64,000 nucleotides of DNA from Poseidonia sp. (GCA_965661285.1 CBFIDD010000002.1:320001-384000); one strand, 5' to 3'. Counted from the stretch's first letter, positions 18,043-35,454 are shown. Notes: a model not told the origin generated them from the letters alone. Numbers and translations are program-made.

Positions 18043-19467
18043 CCACGTCACATCCTCTGGCTCGTCAAGCGCCTCGATGCCCTCGAGCCGCAATGAACCA
18101 TCGACATTGACACCGAGGAGGTTGGATTCTTGACCTCTATAGAGAAGAGGTCCAAGCAGTTCTTCGCCGTGCAGAACCGCTTGTTCAACCTCGTCAGAGG
18201 AATCCAACCGTGGAAGAAGCGCCAGTCGTTCAAACAACGAAGCGACCATGGCATGAAGTTGAGGATGAAGGTCGGCTGAGCAGACTTGATGACCGAGGTC
18301 CTGAAGACTGCCATGTTCGTCACCGCTGGCGTCAAGATTCAAGCCGATGCCCAGGATCACATGATGGGTCTCGCCTTGAGATATCGCCTCAAAGAGAACG
18401 CCACCTGCTTTTTTCATGTGGCCGTCCGATGAGCGAACGAACAGGTCGTTGGGCCATTTCAAGCACACATCTCCTGCCATTGCACCGCTCATGAACCGGA
18501 CCATACGGGCCATGGCCTCTCCAACCCGTAACTGGTCTGCCGTAACGTGAGACCACCCTTGACCCGAATGGACAAGCCACGAGGCCATGAACGCCCCCGG
18601 GTAGGATTGCCATGTTCGTCCTCGTCGACCTCGCCCGGTGGTTTGTTTGTCCGCACGAACGGAGGCCCCGACAGCACCTGCGAACGCCATGACATCGTCG
18701 TTCGTACTCTCGGTGTGTGAGCGATACACCACGGGAGCGTCGACGTAGGGTTTCCACACCGCAATCACCGACAAGTGCTCTTCGTCCGCAAACGAGCGGG
18801 TGGCAACACAACGAGCAGCCATGCCAGCCGCCCACGCCATTTCGCACGCCGTATCACCCACGCCTTTGGAAGAAACCGTCATGTAAGCAACACCGTGCGG
18901 CGAAAGGAGGTTCGAGGAAGCCAGCCGGTGAAGCATCCGAACGTACAGACCTGTTTGGTCGTTGTCCGTGAGTGCCGCTTCCTCAAAGGGCCCCAGTTTC
19001 GCTCCCCGCAACGCATCACCACCCAAATAAGGCGTGTTCCAAACGACCACGTCGTAGGTTTGATCGCCGCCCCATTGCGCGGACAAGCCGTCATCGGTGG
19101 GCCCTGGACCCCCCTCGAGAACGGTCGCACGGAGGCCATGCTGCTCGAAGTGGGCACGCGTGCAGGCAACAGCAAACGGATTGACATCGCACGCAGTGAT
19201 AAGACAACCCAATCGCGCGGCGTAAAGGGAGAGCACACCCGAACCACAACCGATTTCCAGCCATCGCGTTTTAGGCGTCAAGCGCTGCGATGTCAGGACG
19301 GAAGCGAGGAGGTCGGTGTCCTCCCGAGGAGGATAAACTGTGGGGGGCACGGACATCGAGAAGACCTCACCGTTTGGCGCCTTCCAATCAACCAACGTTG
19401 CCGCCCGGACAAGGCGCTCAATCTCGGCCTCCGCATCAGCGGCATGGAAGGATTCATCACCACTCAT
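18031..19467 (-). CDS. HemK/PrmC-like methyltransferase fused to a BirA-type biotin ligase
   Basis: VYPPREDT, LEIGCGSG, WNTPY; then STND, QTTGRGRRGRTW, KWPND, KAGGVL, GIGLN. Confidence 0.85.
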   Translation of the reverse strand: MSGDESFHAADAEAEIERLVRAATLVDWKAPNGEVFSMSVPPTVYPPREDTDLLASVLTSQRLTPKTRWLEIGCGSGVLSLYAARLGCLITACDVNPFAVACTRAHFEQHGLRATVLEGGPGPTDDGLSAQWGGDQTYDVVVWNTPYLGGDALRGAKLGPFEEAALTDNDQTGLYVRMLHRLASSNLLSPHGVAYMTVSSKGVGDTACEMAWAAGMAARCVATRSFADEEHLSVIAVWKPYVDAPVVYRSHTESTNDDVMAFAGAVGASVRADKQTTGRGRRGRTWQSYPGAFMASWLVHSGQGWSHVTADQLRVGEAMARMVRFMSGAMAGDVCLKWPNDLFVRSSDGHMKKAGGVLFEAISQGETHHVILGIGLNLDASGDEHGSLQDLGHQVCSADLHPQLHAMVASLFERLALLPRLDSSDEVEQAVLHGEELLGPLLYRGQESNLLGVNVDGSLRLEGIEALDEPEDVTWSGV

Positions 19468-19614
19468 GCACCGTCCAAAACGCAACCCGTGAAGAGGCTA
19501 CGGGTCAACACGATTGGAAAATATAGCGATATTTGCCAAAATGAGCACATTTATCAAGTCAAGAGCTAAGGGGAGAGCAGGCCCCCATCGAAGCCGTCAT
19601 GGTCACGGCCGTCC

Positions 19615-19628
19615 CGAAACGTATAAGA
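19615..19628 (+). promoter_or_regulatory. Candidate BRE/TATA promoter for tRNA-Lys and the rpo operon
   Basis: CGAAACGTATAAGA about 45 bp upstream of the tRNA. Confidence 0.45.
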
Positions 19629-19668
19629 AGGGCATGCAAGTCGGATGAAAAGCCCAAGTTGCTACATT

Positions 19669-19742
19669 GGGCCTGTAGCTCAGTCAGGTAGAGCGTCGGA
19701 CTTTTAATCCGATGGTCGCGGGTTCGAACCCCGTCGGGCCCG
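19669..19742 (+). tRNA. tRNA-Lys(UUU)
   Basis: GGGCCTG/CGGGCCC acceptor stem; anticodon arm TCGGA-CTTTTAA-TCCGA; GGTTCGAACCC T-arm; no intron, no encoded CCA. Confidence 0.97.
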
Positions 19743-19791
19743 CCTGATTGGTCTGCCGGCGCGGTGTGGGTGGGCGATCCGGGGAGTAAAA

Positions 19792-20442
19792 ATGGTCGTA
19801 AAGAGTGCAACAAAAAAGCGATTGATGGAACTTGGCGTCTCCGAAGAGTATGCCCACAAACTCGCTACCGACCGAAACATGACCGACATCAAAAACATGT
19901 CTCACGACGATGTCGCCACCACCCTGGGAATTTCCAAAGACGCTGAGGAATTTATCAACACCATGCGCATCATCGCCGAGCAAGGCTCTCGCCGCCGTGC
20001 CGCCAAGAAGAGCACGAAAATCACCATCCGTGCCAAAGCCGTTGACGACATGGATCGTCCGGAAATCACCTCCCGCTTCAACGCCCTCAACCACGTGCTC
20101 GTTCCCCACCAGGAACTCGTCGGCGAGGCCAACATCTCACCCGAAGAACAACTCGCCATCGAGATGGAAGAACTCGCACCTTGGAAGATGGTGCAACCCG
20201 ATGCCGAGACCGGAGAAGACCGCCTCGCAAAGGAACTTCTTCCGAAGATTTTGATCACGGACCCCGTGGTTCAGGTCATCAAAGAATTCGCCGAAATTGC
20301 AGACGCTGCTGCCCATGCGGCCAACCCCGACCACACCCCGTTGGCGGCTGGATGGATTGCAGACCGTGTGCTCAAGGTTGTCCGGCCATCCCCATCCGCC
20401 GGAAAGACGGTGGCTTACCGGCTCATCGTGGAGGGGAACTGA
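19792..20442 (+). CDS. rpoH: RNA polymerase subunit Rpo5 (H) with long N-terminal extension
   Basis: NHVLVPHQEL, LPKILITDPV, VVRPSPSAGKTVAYRLIV; directly upstream of rpoB. Confidence 0.9.
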   Translation: MVVKSATKKRLMELGVSEEYAHKLATDRNMTDIKNMSHDDVATTLGISKDAEEFINTMRIIAEQGSRRRAAKKSTKITIRAKAVDDMDRPEITSRFNALNHVLVPHQELVGEANISPEEQLAIEMEELAPWKMVQPDAETGEDRLAKELLPKILITDPVVQVIKEFAEIADAAAHAANPDHTPLAAGWIADRVLKVVRPSPSAGKTVAYRLIVEGN

Positions 20443-20454
20443 GGAGGAGATATC

Positions 20455-23400
20455 ATGCAGGAAATCATTCAAGCATTTTTCAAACAACGCAGCCTTGTCA
20501 ACCACCAGTTGGCATCCTACAACGACTGTATCCCCGCCTCGGAGAACGCCATCTCCCGCATGGAGCGCATCATCCGAAACATCCGTGTCGGAACCGACGA
20601 AGACTTCAACGACGACGAAGGCGGCTACATCAAACTCGACGTTCACGACCAAGACATCGTGATTCGTCTCAAGAACGTCAAACTTGGGCAGCCAACGGTG
20701 AAGGAAGCTAACGGTGCCCTGAACCCATCGACACCGATGGAATGCCGACTCCGCAAGTTGACCTACATGTCCCCGGTCACCATCGACTTCACCATCAAGC
20801 GCAACGGCGTTCCCTCTCCAACCGAGACCGGCGTTGCGGTCGGAAACATGCCGATCATGGTACGCTCCGAGCGATGTAATCTTCACGCCAAGCACATTGC
20901 TGGCGACCGCGTCCTCTCGCCGACCACCTCCGCTGAGGACAAGGCCACATGGCACGAACTGCTGCGCAAGAAAGGCGAAGACCCTCTTGACCCCGGCGGC
21001 TACTTCATCATCAACGGAACCGAGCGCGTGCTCATCTCAATGGAGGACCTCGCTCCAAACCGAGTTACGGTTGAAATCAACAAGCGCTACGCAAAACAAA
21101 CGGAAGTCGCGAAGATTTTCTCACAGAAAGACGGTATGCGCAAGCCGCTGACCGTCGAAAAGCGCCGAGATGGTATGCTCATGGTCAAGATCAGCACGGC
21201 CGGTACCACCGCAATCCCCGTTGTCTTGTTGATGCGGGCCCTTGGTGTTGAAAACGACCAGAACATCTTCCAAGCGATCGCCGGAAACACGGACTCCTTC
21301 AAGTACATCGTCGCCAACATCAACGAGGTGAACGACAACGAAGAATACAAGGTCGTCACCACCGAAGAAAGCCACCAGTGGCTGGAAAAGAAATTCGCAG
21401 CAGGCCAGCAAAAGGAATACCGCGAGGCTCGTGTGAGCCAACTCCTCGACCGAGAACTCCTCCCTCACTTGGGCGACCAAATCGAAGATCGCGAGAAAAA
21501 GGCCATCTACCTCGGACGCATTGTCCGCCAGGTGTTGGAAATGGCCATTGAAGGACGAGATCCGAACGACAAAGACCACTACGCCAACAAGCGAGTTCGT
21601 TTGGCTGGAGACTTGATCGAAGACCTCTTCCGCGTCTCCGCCGGTCAACTCGCTCGTGACCTCAAGTACCAGTTGGAGCGCCACCACAACCGAAAGCGCG
21701 AGCTCAAAATCACCTCGTGTCTCCGCCCTGACGTTCTCACCAGCAAAATCATGCACGCACTGGCAACAGGAAACTGGGTTGGTGGACGGTCCGGCGTCAG
21801 CCAACTCCTTGACCGCACCACCTACCTTGCCGCGCTCTCCCACATGCGCCGTGTCACTTCCCCGCTTGTTCGAAGCCAACCCCATTTCGAAGCTCGGGAT
21901 TTGCACCCCACCCAATGGGGCCGCCTCTGCCCGAACGAAACACCGGAAGGACAGAACTGCGGTCTGGTGAAGAACGCTGCTCAGATGATCGATATCTCCG
22001 AGAACATCGACGAGGTTGAAATCCGTGAGCGCTTGGATGAACTCGACGTCTACCAACCCGATGACTGGACCGACGGTGACCGTGTCCACGTCAACGGCGA
22101 CATCTACGGTATCCACAAGCGCGGAAAGAAACTCGTGGACCACTTCAAGTCCTCTCGCCGCCGCGGCGTGATTCCTTCCGAGGTCTCCATTCGCCACGAT
22201 GTGGAGAACAAGGACATCTTCATCAACACGGACAAGGGTCGTATCCTTCGACCTTTGCTCATTCTTTACGACGGTGCACCTCGATTGACGCAAGACCACC
22301 TGACCAAACTCGCCAGCGGTGAAATCAACTTCCGCTCCCTCATCCTTGAGGGTGTCGTGGAGTGGGTGGACGCTGAAGAGGAAGAAGACCTCTATATCGC
22401 ACCTCGTCCGTTCGTTCTGCCCGAAACCGTCCCCGAAGGCGACAGCGCCGGACTGGCCGGCCGTGTTGTCAAAAACGAGGACATCGAATGGTTGAATTTG
22501 GGCGAACCCCGAAGCGAAGTGGCTCACCTCAAAGCCAAGGTCTCGATGCCCAACGGCGAAATTGCGACCACGGAATTTGATGTTCCGCTTCTCTACACCC
22601 CCGAACACACCCACTGCGAAATTGACCCGCAACTGGTTCTCGGCGTCTGTGCCTCGCTCATCCCCTACCCCGAACACAACTCAACCCCTCGTGTCACAGG
22701 CGGTACGGCGATGGTCAAGCAATCCTTGGGACTCCCAAGCGCCAACTATCGCATGCGCCCCGACACCCGAGCACACATCTTGCATTACCCGCAACGATCC
22801 ATCACCCGGACGCGTGCTATGGAAACCACGAACTTCGACGACCGCCCAGGTGGCCAGAACTTCATCGTGGCCATCATGTCGCTCCACGGGTACAACATGC
22901 AAGACGCTGTCATCATGAACAAGGGCTCCATTGACCGAGCCCTCGGCCGTTCGACCTTCAACCGCACCTACAACGCTGAACGCCGACGATTCCCAGGCGG
23001 ACAGGTTGAGGAAATCGAAAAGCCCGGTTCGTCCAAGCAGGAGATCAAGGGCTTGAAGGCCCCCGAATCCTACGTCCACCTCGAAGCCGACGGACTCCCC
23101 GTCCCGGAAACCGCCCTTGTAGGCGGGAATGTTTTGGTCGGAAAGACCAGCCCGCCCCGCTTCCTCGAGGAATCCTCAGGTGCTTCGTTCCTGATGGCGC
23201 AAGAGCGCCGGGAATCCTCGATGCTCGTTCGACACGGTGAGAAAGGCTGGGTCGACAATGTCTACGTGACCGAATCGCTTGATTCCGGCCGCTTGGTTCG
23301 CGTGATGGTCCGAAGCCACAAAGTCCCCGAAGTTGGCGACAAGTTCGCTTCCCGACACGGACAAAAAGGTGTCATCGGCCGCTTGGTTGAACCAGAAGAC

Positions 23401-24068
23401 ATGCCGTTCACCCCCGATGGTGTTGTCCCCGATCTCATCATCAACCCCCACGCCATTCCGTCGCGAATGACCGTGGCCCACGTTTTGGAAATGATCGGCG
23501 GGAAAGTCGGTGCTATGGAAGGTCGTCGTATCGACGGCACCGCCTTCCGCGGCGAGAAAGAGTCCAGCCTGCGAGACGGCCTCGTCCGCAACGGGCTTGC
23601 CCACACCGGCCGTGAACTGATGATCAACGGAGAGACCGGTGAATCCTACCCCGCCGATATCTTCGTTGGCTGTATCTTCTACCAACGACTCCACCACCTC
23701 GTGAGTTCCAAGATTCACGCCCGTTCTCGCGGTCGTGTGCAAATCCTCACACGTCAACCGACCGAAGGTCGTGCTCGACAGGGTGGTCTGCGATTTGGTG
23801 AGATGGAACGTGATTGTCTCATTGCCCACGGTGCCTCGATGGTCATCAAAGACCGCTTGTTGGACGAGTCCGACGGCATCGACATGTACGTCTGTGCCCA
23901 ATCCGGTCACATCGCCTGGTACGACCCCAAGCGTGGCACCTACGTCAGCCCCATCCACGGTGATGGCGCAGAGGTGTACAAGGTACAGACTTCTTATGCA
24001 TTCAAGCTGCTCCTCGACGAGATGAAGAGTTTAGGTGTGGCCATGCGTCTTGAACTGGAGGACCGAAG

Positions 24069-24072
<4 letters not shown>
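20455..24072 (+). CDS. rpoB: RNA polymerase subunit Rpo2 (unsplit B)
   Basis: GGYFIINGTERV, ETPEGQNCGLVKN, GDKFASRHGQKG, GGLRFGEMERD. Confidence 0.98.
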
Positions 24073-28822
<4,750 letters not shown>

Positions 28823-28866
28823 AATTCCAACCATGAGAAACACATGTGGAGAATGGAGGAAGAAAA

Positions 28867-29166
28867 ATGGATCTAAGCCGACAACTGAAGAACGCAATCG
28901 CAACAGGAAACCTGTTGTTTGGACAACGACAAACCAAGGACGCCTGCGCAAACGGGAACGCCAAAATGGTCATTGTGGCAGCCAACTGCCCCGAAGATTA
29001 CACGACGGCCCTGCGTGCTGCCCACCCAGAAGTGAGCATGCATCGCGCACGCATGGTGAACCGAGAACTGGGTATTGCCTGTGGTAAACCCTTCTCCGTT
29101 TCCACCATCACCGTCCTCGACGCTGGCGATAGCGACTTGATGGCCCTCGAGAGCAACGTTGAGTGA
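28867..29166 (+). CDS. rpl30e: 50S ribosomal protein L30e
   Basis: TG..LFG, VAANCP, ELGIACGKPF, DAGDSD; canonical position after rpoA2. Confidence 0.93.
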   Translation: MDLSRQLKNAIATGNLLFGQRQTKDACANGNAKMVIVAANCPEDYTTALRAAHPEVSMHRARMVNRELGIACGKPFSVSTITVLDAGDSDLMALESNVE

Positions 29167-29218
29167 ACCCTCATCAACGGGACAAAGGCTTGATGGCCTT
29201 TGGTGCACACGACAAACC

Positions 29219-32200
29219 ATGCGAGTGAATCGTGTTACTCTAGCGGCGACCCTGACGGCCCTGCTCTTGTCCAGCCTTCTGCTGAGTGCAGCCGTCAACC
29301 CCGCTCAAGAACAACCGCTATTGGATGGAGAAGAACACATCGTCCACACCTCAGCACGGTCGACCTCAGCCGAAGTGTTCCTCTCGAGCGGAGGTTCAAC
29401 CACACACGACGAATTTTCAGGAGCCATCGCTGCATCCGACAACGGCTACGTGGTCGCAGGTGACGTGAATTCATCAGCGTCAACCCTCACCTTTGGCCCA
29501 CATTCCTACACACCAACCTCTCCATACAGCAACGGCAACGATTTCTTCGTGGCTTCGTTGAACAACAACGGGGGATGGAATTACCTCGTCGGCGCCGACC
29601 ACACCCAAGGTGGCGTTTCGTTCATGTCGGATGTGACCTCGCACGCCGGGAATGCCATCGTGGCCGGTTACATGTACGGGCCGGTTGATTTTGGGCCAAC
29701 GACCCTCTCTTCAGCCGTGCAGTTTGACGCCTTTGTGGCCCAGACCGATGCCGCAGGAAATTGGATGTGGGCCAAAGGGTTCCAAACCCTCCCGAACTCA
29801 TCCACCGACTCGAGCATACCGCAAGCCATCACCGTTGACCAGGTAGGCGACGTGATCGTCGCAGGATATTTCTCCGGTGAAACTGACTTTGGCGGCACCA
29901 CCATCAACGTCTCAAATCCCGAAGTGTTCATCGCGAAATTGGACGGAGCGAACGGCGCTCTCAAGTGGGTCGTCAGTGGAGGAGGCATCGGTACGCAGCA
30001 GGTCACGGATGTCGTGGTGGATCCAAGTGGAACGATTCATGTTTCGGGCGTAACGCAAAACAACATACGTTTTGGAACACAAAGTTACAACACCATCGGA
30101 ACAACTGATTCGTTTATTGTCAGGGTTTCAAATTCGGGCGCAATCCTCGGCATCAGCGGCTATGGCATCCCCAACCAGGCTGTATCACTTACCAACATGG
30201 CCGTGGACAAGAATGCTGATCTCTACATCGGCGGCTCGTTTGAAGGTACAATGGCGAAAAACGGATGGTCCATCACCGCCAATAAAGGTGGTTCGGATTT
30301 ATTTTTCATCAAGGAAGGAGCTACCCCAAACAATCAGTGGGCCGTTATCGGTGGCACCAACGCAGCCGACAGCTTGCGAGGTATGGAGGTCACATCGAAA
30401 GGCGAGCTTGTCTTCACCACGTTTTTCATCAGTTCGACCTTTACCGGCGGCACCAAAGGAGCGACGCCTACCAGCAGTAGTTGGTACAATAATCAAGCCA
30501 TTGATGCTCTGATGGGTGGATTGACAAATACAGGTGGTTGGTCCTGGCTGGATGTTACGTCCAGCAACGCTCTCGAGCTTGGATGGGGATTAGCCTTGAA
30601 TTCCAGCGATATTGCCACCGTCGTAGGCTCCTACGCAGGACCATCAGGTAGCGATACCATCACGAAAGGCAGCACAAGCGTCACCACGACGGGGGGTTGG
30701 GATAACTTTGTTTGGGCATTGGATCCGAGCATGAAAGCTGACAGCGACAACGACGGCGTGCCAGACGTGAACGATAACTGCCCCAGCGATGTCAACCCGC
30801 TTCAGGAAAACACCGACGGGGACGCACAGGGTGATGCATGCGATTCGGATGATGACAACGATGGCATCACGGACAATTCTCCGGACAACTGCCCCAGAGG
30901 TGGAGCGGCGAATTGGGGCTCCACACAGAACTTTAACGACCCGGCCAACTCCACCGATTGGGACCGAGATGGATGCAAGGACGATGTCGAAGACGCAGAC
31001 ATGGACAACGACGGCGTGGAAAACGATGTTGACCTTTGCCCACGCACGTCCTACCAACCGCCTCGCCCGACCTGGGTTTCTGATGAAATTACGGATGTTG
31101 ACAGTGATGGTTGCCGAGATGCGGACGAGGATACCGATGATGACGGCGACGGATTTGAGGACGTCAGCGATGACTGCCCAACGGTGATTGGTAACTCAAC
31201 CCTCGGTGAGGAAGGGTGCGTTGACAACGACGGCGATGGTTGGTCAAACAATTTCGATGACTGTCCTAACGATTTCGGCAACTCAACGCTGGGCGGCAAG
31301 AACGCCTGCCCCGACATGGACGGCGATGGTTGGGCCGACGTTGACGACGCCTTTATCGAAGACCCAACACAATGGTCGGACGCTGACGGCGACGGCTACG
31401 GCGACAATCCCGAAGGAACCACGCCGGACGATTGCCCGGCGGCGGTTGGCACCTCGGTTTTGGACCGCCTCGGCTGTTTGGACACCGACGGCGATGGGTA
31501 TTCTGACCCCGATAGCATGTGGGACGCAGAATCCGGCGCTGACGCCTTTATCGAGGACACAACGCAATGGTCCGACTTCGACGGCGACGGCTACGGCGAC
31601 AACTATGCGAACGATACATGGACGGACCGCAACCCGTCTTGGCCCGGCGAATATCGAGACGATGTCGTGCTCCAAGACGCCTGCCCCACGCAAGAGGGCA
31701 CATCGTGGCAAAACGGCATGATCGGTTGCCCGGACCAAGACGGTGATGGATGGTACAACCTCCAAGACGCCTTCCCAAACGACGCCACACAGTGGTCTGA
31801 CGGTGACGGTGACGGCTACGGCGACAACGCTTCTGGAAACGATGCCGACCAGTGTCCAGACATCGCTGGCACCTCCACCACCGACCGGTTGGGTTGTGTT
31901 GATAGCGATGATGACGGATATTCTGACCCCGACATCACATGGACACCGGCTCAAGGTGCTGACGCCTTCATGGCCGACCCTACGCAGTGGGCTGACCAGG
32001 ACAACGATTTCTTCGGCGATAATCCCGCTGGCGACCGCCCCGATGACTGCCCGACCGTTCGTGGCACCTCCTTCATCGACCGCTTTGGTTGCGAGGACAG
32101 CGATGGCGATGGCCTCTCCGATGCCACCCCTGAATGGACGCTTGAACAAGGAGCAGATGCATGTCCCCTGGCTTACGGGAACTCGAGTGCTGACCGAATT

Positions 32201-32701
32201 GGCTGCGTGGACACCGACGGGGACAACTACTCTGACCCAACACCTGATTATCGTGCAGAAGACGGTGCTGACGCCTATCCACAAGACCCGACGCGCTGGA
32301 TTCTCGAACCGGAGGAAGAAGGCGCGCTCTTCGCCTCGAGCAACGTGCTCGTCGGCGGTGGCGTTGGACTCGTGGTGCTTCTCGCCCTGATCGGATTCTT
32401 CATGCGTGGACGTCGGCCAAAGAGCGACAACGCTGCTTGGGAGATACCGCCAACCGTCGGAATGCCGGACTTCAACGCTCAACCCGCAGCCATTTCGCCG
32501 GGATACGCAGCGCCGGTCGCCATGCCCGACTTCAACGCTCAACCCGCCCAGGCCACTGTGGCTGCTCAACCCGCCTATGCACCGCCCGTGGCACAGCCTG
32601 ACCCCGCTCGGGAGTACTACAACAGCCTCATTGCACAGGGGTACCCACACGATGATGCCGTGCGATATACTAAGCAATACTTCAACCAGTTCCACGGTTG
32701 A
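29219..32701 (+). CDS. Surface protein: beta-propeller-like N-terminal domain, TSP3-like Ca-binding repeats, TM anchor
   Basis: Signal peptide; repeated DxFVA...W motifs; many DxDGDGxxD / DxCP / QWxD repeats; C-terminal TM and Pro/Ala-rich tail. Confidence 0.85.
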   Translation: MRVNRVTLAATLTALLLSSLLLSAAVNPAQEQPLLDGEEHIVHTSARSTSAEVFLSSGGSTTHDEFSGAIAASDNGYVVAGDVNSSASTLTFGPHSYTPTSPYSNGNDFFVASLNNNGGWNYLVGADHTQGGVSFMSDVTSHAGNAIVAGYMYGPVDFGPTTLSSAVQFDAFVAQTDAAGNWMWAKGFQTLPNSSTDSSIPQAITVDQVGDVIVAGYFSGETDFGGTTINVSNPEVFIAKLDGANGALKWVVSGGGIGTQQVTDVVVDPSGTIHVSGVTQNNIRFGTQSYNTIGTTDSFIVRVSNSGAILGISGYGIPNQAVSLTNMAVDKNADLYIGGSFEGTMAKNGWSITANKGGSDLFFIKEGATPNNQWAVIGGTNAADSLRGMEVTSKGELVFTTFFISSTFTGGTKGATPTSSSWYNNQAIDALMGGLTNTGGWSWLDVTSSNALELGWGLALNSSDIATVVGSYAGPSGSDTITKGSTSVTTTGGWDNFVWALDPSMKADSDNDGVPDVNDNCPSDVNPLQENTDGDAQGDACDSDDDNDGITDNSPDNCPRGGAANWGSTQNFNDPANSTDWDRDGCKDDVEDADMDNDGVENDVDLCPRTSYQPPRPTWVSDEITDVDSDGCRDADEDTDDDGDGFEDVSDDCPTVIGNSTLGEEGCVDNDGDGWSNNFDDCPNDFGNSTLGGKNACPDMDGDGWADVDDAFIEDPTQWSDADGDGYGDNPEGTTPDDCPAAVGTSVLDRLGCLDTDGDGYSDPDSMWDAESGADAFIEDTTQWSDFDGDGYGDNYANDTWTDRNPSWPGEYRDDVVLQDACPTQEGTSWQNGMIGCPDQDGDGWYNLQDAFPNDATQWSDGDGDGYGDNASGNDADQCPDIAGTSTTDRLGCVDSDDDGYSDPDITWTPAQGADAFMADPTQWADQDNDFFGDNPAGDRPDDCPTVRGTSFIDRFGCEDSDGDGLSDATPEWTLEQGADACPLAYGNSSADRIGCVDTDGDNYSDPTPDYRAEDGADAYPQDPTRWILEPEEEGALFASSNVLVGGGVGLVVLLALIGFFMRGRRPKSDNAAWEIPPTVGMPDFNAQPAAISPGYAAPVAMPDFNAQPAQATVAAQPAYAPPVAQPDPAREYYNSLIAQGYPHDDAVRYTKQYFNQFHG

Positions 32702-32718
32702 TTCGGGAAGGGCAGGCG

Positions 32719-34346
<1,628 letters not shown>

Positions 34347-34447
34347 TTACACACCGAGGTGTGTTGCCCCTCCCTAACAAAGTCCCTTTCTAATGGTTGT
34401 CCCTCATTCCTCTCCTCATCAGCCGATTACTGAGAAGAAAAGCGATG

Positions 34448-34891
34448 TCAAAATGAGCACACGGTGAGGTATCGCTCCAAGCGATCCACCCGACGTTGCC
34501 CGTTTTCATCGACCTCGCTCATGGCTCGAATGGATTCCTCGATCAGTGCGTGCTGGTCTTCCTGAAGTCCAATGATTCGACGAAGATGGTCGAGCATCGC
34601 CCATTCATCTTCGCTGATGACATCGTCGTCGAGCGCAGCGATGAGTGCAGACTGATAGGTGGTGGCGTCACCCATGTGATGACCACCGTATTCACTGCCC
34701 TCATCAAACGGCCAATCGACTTCACCCGCCACAACCGCTCGGCACTCCGCCGTATCTGCTGGCGCCACGCCGAGAGCTCCGGCGAGAATCCTGAGAATTT
34801 GGGCCTCATCATCCGTCACGATGGCGTCTTCAAAGGCCACTCGGAGTGTTTCAAGGTAGAGATAGAGACCCCGTGTGGGTTGCAGTGCCAT
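34448..34891 (-). CDS. TerB-like duplicated helical protein
   Basis: Two repeats of AxxDxxxxxDExxxLxxLxxxxG (AFEDAIVTDDEAQIL / ALDDDVISEDEWAML). Confidence 0.7.
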   Translation of the reverse strand: MALQPTRGLYLYLETLRVAFEDAIVTDDEAQILRILAGALGVAPADTAECRAVVAGEVDWPFDEGSEYGGHHMGDATTYQSALIAALDDDVISEDEWAMLDHLRRIIGLQEDQHALIEESIRAMSEVDENGQRRVDRLERYLTVCSF

Positions 34892-34955
34892 GAATTCACG
34901 TGGAGCAGACTCGTCTTTCAAACTTCTCACCTTGCATCAAGGGTGCGAGGAGAAG

Positions 34956-35001
34956 TTTGTCATACAGGTAAATACAATTTGTCATCATTTAGAATACAAT
35001 T
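34956..35001. promoter_or_regulatory. 22-bp tandem repeat, candidate operator
   Basis: TTTGTCAT-N8-ATACAA twice in tandem, immediately upstream of TTATATA and the RHH gene. Confidence 0.5.
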
Positions 35002-35021
35002 ATATACGGCTTGGTTCAGTC

Positions 35022-35414
35022 ATGAATTACGAGGCCACCAAGATGACCCAGCCAACCAGCGCCGTTTCCCTCCGAATCACGGAGGAAGATCTCGCCCTGC
35101 TGGACGCCCGCATTGGCATGGACGGCGCACGAAGTCGTTCGGACGTGGTGCGTTTGGCCATTCAGGAATTCCTTCACAACCAACCGCTCCTGCACGACAT
35201 GAAGTCCGTTCGTATCCCACTTGGTCGAAACGACCAGGTTCAACTTGGGAAATTGTACGAACTTCAAGGCACAACGCCCGAAATTGCAGCCCAAGAGGGG
35301 TTGAAATTGTACATTGACCAAGCCATTGACAAGATTGTCAACGGCATCAAACTCGATGATGCACTGGAGGCGTCCAGAGCAGCAACGATTCGACGCAACG
35401 AATACCAAGAATGA
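35022..35414 (+). CDS. Ribbon-helix-helix (CopG-like) regulator
   Basis: VSLRITEEDLALLDA...SRSDVVRLAIQEFL; start 35022 or 35043. Confidence 0.8.
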   Translation: MNYEATKMTQPTSAVSLRITEEDLALLDARIGMDGARSRSDVVRLAIQEFLHNQPLLHDMKSVRIPLGRNDQVQLGKLYELQGTTPEIAAQEGLKLYIDQAIDKIVNGIKLDDALEASRAATIRRNEYQE

Positions 35415-35454
35415 ATTGGTGAGAGACTGGAGGGGATGGGATGAATTGGCAAAA

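Noticed and set aside
19652-19672. Leader hairpin GCCCAA/TTGGGC overlapping the tRNA-Lys 5' end
   Set aside because: Only 6 bp and plausible by chance
30730-32300. CRISPR-like or DNA tandem array
   Set aside because: The repeats are degenerate in-frame codons of TSP3-like protein repeats; no identical repeat-spacer units and no cas genes
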